A stretch of DNA of 63,803 nt, counting the filler, from Dicyema japonicum (lineage: Eukaryota > Animalia > Dicyemida): assembly GCA_011109175.1 (NCBI GenBank). It is 6 parts of 6 records of this genome, joined end to end, with 100 filler letters (N's around TTAATTAATTAA, not from the genome) between each part and the next. Parts side by side here need not be neighbours in the genome. Positions count along the whole stretch, not along the records: positions 55,178 to 63,803 come from RDEW01000193.1; 5 more parts are not named here. One strand, written 5' to 3'. The notes under the pieces are model-generated. The model searched no databases. It saw only the letters and a program-made list of their open reading frames with translations, and was not told the DNA's origin. This document shows, piece after piece, positions 61,365-63,803 of the stretch. Each line of letters begins with the position of its first letter. Position 1 is the first letter of the stretch. The position numbers and the translations under genes are program-made.

Positions 61365-63803
61365 ATTGAAACTTGAAAATACTGCTGGTGAACGCCCGAT
61401 CCTTAAAGAAAAGGCGTCATGACCTGGCACTACTACTATCGTCCACCAAGATTGACATCCAGGTGAGTGATATCGTCATCATAGACAATGAACTCTCTAT
61501 TATGATGGAGACATACTTAATGCTTTACGCAAGAAAGAGATCCTCAAGTACTAATCATGGAAAGAGCATCAGTCTTTCGATTTCCACATTATCTTTGATC
61601 AATTAAAGGAATCGCTTGAGGACTAAACTCAGAAGGAACAAGACTATCTCAAGAACAATGTTTGAGGGTAGAGGCAAGCAAACTAAACACCAAAGACCCC
61701 TCGTTCTAGAAGTTCACCAAAAGAATAACTAGCCAGAAAAGGAATGACATAAAAATCTCCTTGACCAAGCTAGAAGGTGGACTGTGTTCTATGGAAGAAA
61801 CCCCAGATATTTTTAAGAAACAACTGGATCGTATTCAGGGGGTCAATCCGATGGAGCTTATTCCGAGAAAGACGTTAGGTTCTTCGCGAGAAATTTTAAC
61901 CTACTGTTTGGACGATCTTAAAGATACTGAAATGAAAATAACCACGGATGAAGTCATGACTGCAATTATGAAAACGCTGGAAATCTTCCATTGTCAGAAT
62001 GATACTGAAAACGGGAAAATCGAGGAGGGACCCTCTCAGCTATAGGCCAATAAGCCTCATCTGTTCGATCTCCAAGATTATCGAACGAATTATCTTTAGA
62101 AGGCTTAACGACCACATAGAAGAAAGTGTTTCCTCCTCGCAGAACAATGTGGCTTCAGACCTGGAAATATATACACGGACTGTATCACTAGATGCATTCA
62201 ACGGTATTGAGAGGTCTGGAAGTTAAAAGACGTGCCAATCTTGTATGTTTGGATCTGTCCAAGGCTTTTGATAGTGTGTGGCATGAAGCACTCCTATCAA
62301 GGCTAGCAGCTGCTCAAAAAAACTTCTCATATGGATAAGGGATTTCCTAACAGGACGGATTTCCCAAGTACGTGTTGTAGCACATATGTCGAAAGACATC
62401 ATACTGAAGATGGGAGTTCCTCAGGGTGCCGTCCTGAGTCCTCTGCTATTCAACATATTCTTATCAGATTTTCCAACTCCACCGGAGATAAACACAAAAC
62501 TATCGATATTTGCCGATGATATTCTGATCACGGATACATCTGGCAAATCAACTCTTTCGGAGAAAAGAATCATGTCGTTCATTGGACAAGTTCAGTCATC
62601 AGAAGCAGCCTTACTCACTAGAGATTCCTGAAGTAAACTCAATGCGCTACCTCGGGATAGCGATCTATGGGAATGGTTCCTTCTTGGAGGACATAAGACG
62701 AAGAAGGCGCTTCAAGCACTCTATGTACGTGAAAGTTGTTAGTAACCCTGGAAACCTTCTTGTTCATCATCATGAAGATCATCCTACCGGAACTGCTATA
62801 TGGATGCGAAGCATGGTTTTTCTCTTGCCAGAGATGTTTCTCATAGAAAAAACCAGAAGGTCGGCAATAAAGTTGGCTTTGGGGAAAAGGCTCTGGGATG
62901 CTCTCACCTCTTAAGAAGATATGATTCTAACTTCTTTTAAAAACATCGGAGAGAAAAGAATCAATAGTATCCGACGATAAAAGATAACTAAATAGAGTGT
63001 GGATACATCGGAAGTGTCCAGGCCGGACACGTTTAAATAACCTAAAAATAACTCCTTACTTACTTTGGAATAAATTTGGTTTGGTTTTGGTTTGGAAAGA
63101 CGTTGTGCTGACAATATATACGGAGAATTCATTTCAGCCATAATCAGATTGATAAAGGAAGCAATTAGCAATATATGGAAAGAGGAGACTGACCATTTAT
63201 TGATGGCTGAGGGTGCAAAAATTGATATGAAGAATCCGTCTTTTTGGAAATGCTATCAGAAGATAATGTTTCGAAGTCTGGTGCAGAAAAAATTATACTG
63301 GATAAACCAGACGGGGGATTATGTATAACGGATGAATCAACTTCGATATTCAGGGATCAGCTTCAGAAAATTCACGTTGTGGATCCGTGGAGTTTGATCC
63401 CTGATGTTTGCCGATATATTTTAACACTCCGACGAGGAACTACTTAATGCTGAAAGGGTAATGACCACATATTAAAGAAACTTATCAAAGAGGGTTCGGA
63501 TATTTTGTTTGACTATCTGCGATGTCTTTATGATGGGTGTTGCGACTTGACCACATGTCTTTAATATGGAAGAATGCTGTTGTGAGGATGATTCCAAAAC
63601 CAGAAAAGCCAAAGAGAGTTCCGGATAGCTTAATATGTTTTTTCGCGAACGTGATTGAACGAATCATTTTCAAAATACTAAGCAGACATTTAGAAGAAAA
63701 CGACATAGATAAAGCTTGGAGAATAAAGATTAAATGCAGGGAGAAACGTTACGAAAAAGATTAATAATAAAAAAAAGGAAGAACGGTCCAGGTGTGGAGT
63801 CCA
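61365..63803 (+). mobile_element. Further degenerate APE-RT LINE ORF2 copies
   Basis: KILLVNARSL, YRPISLICSISKIIERII, LDLSKAFDSVWH, GVPQGAVLSPLLFNI, IFADD, YLGI; a second copy WKNAVVRMIPKP at the window end. Confidence 0.85.

Overview
AT-rich eukaryotic (animal-type) genomic DNA from a gapped draft scaffold, not prokaryotic. It is mostly a transposon graveyard: RLE-type and APE-type non-LTR retrotransposons, a tRNA-derived SINE family, Tc1, pogo, hAT, a Helitron remnant and a Ginger-like integrase. Host genes are MFAP1, a TBC1D24-like gene, IQCG/DRC9, NSUN4, SF3B6, a papain-family protease and CHP1, plus tRNA-Ser(UGA) and a truncated U6 copy. Nearly all introns are only 22-29 nt, as in highly reduced metazoan parasites; a myxozoan is my best guess but is not provable here. 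Main discoveries: (1) a pseudogene of respiratory complex I subunit NDUFS1 with Trp-to-stop codons, frameshifts and deletions, consistent with an animal losing aerobic respiration; (2) an intact, spliceable NSUN4 whose SAM-binding motif and both catalytic cysteines are lost; (3) transposase genes that have gained host-style micro-introns, one GC-AG with an 8-bp direct repeat; (4) a structured SINE with an 18-bp target-site duplication inside an RLE retroelement. All family calls rest on recalled motif similarity, not database searches.
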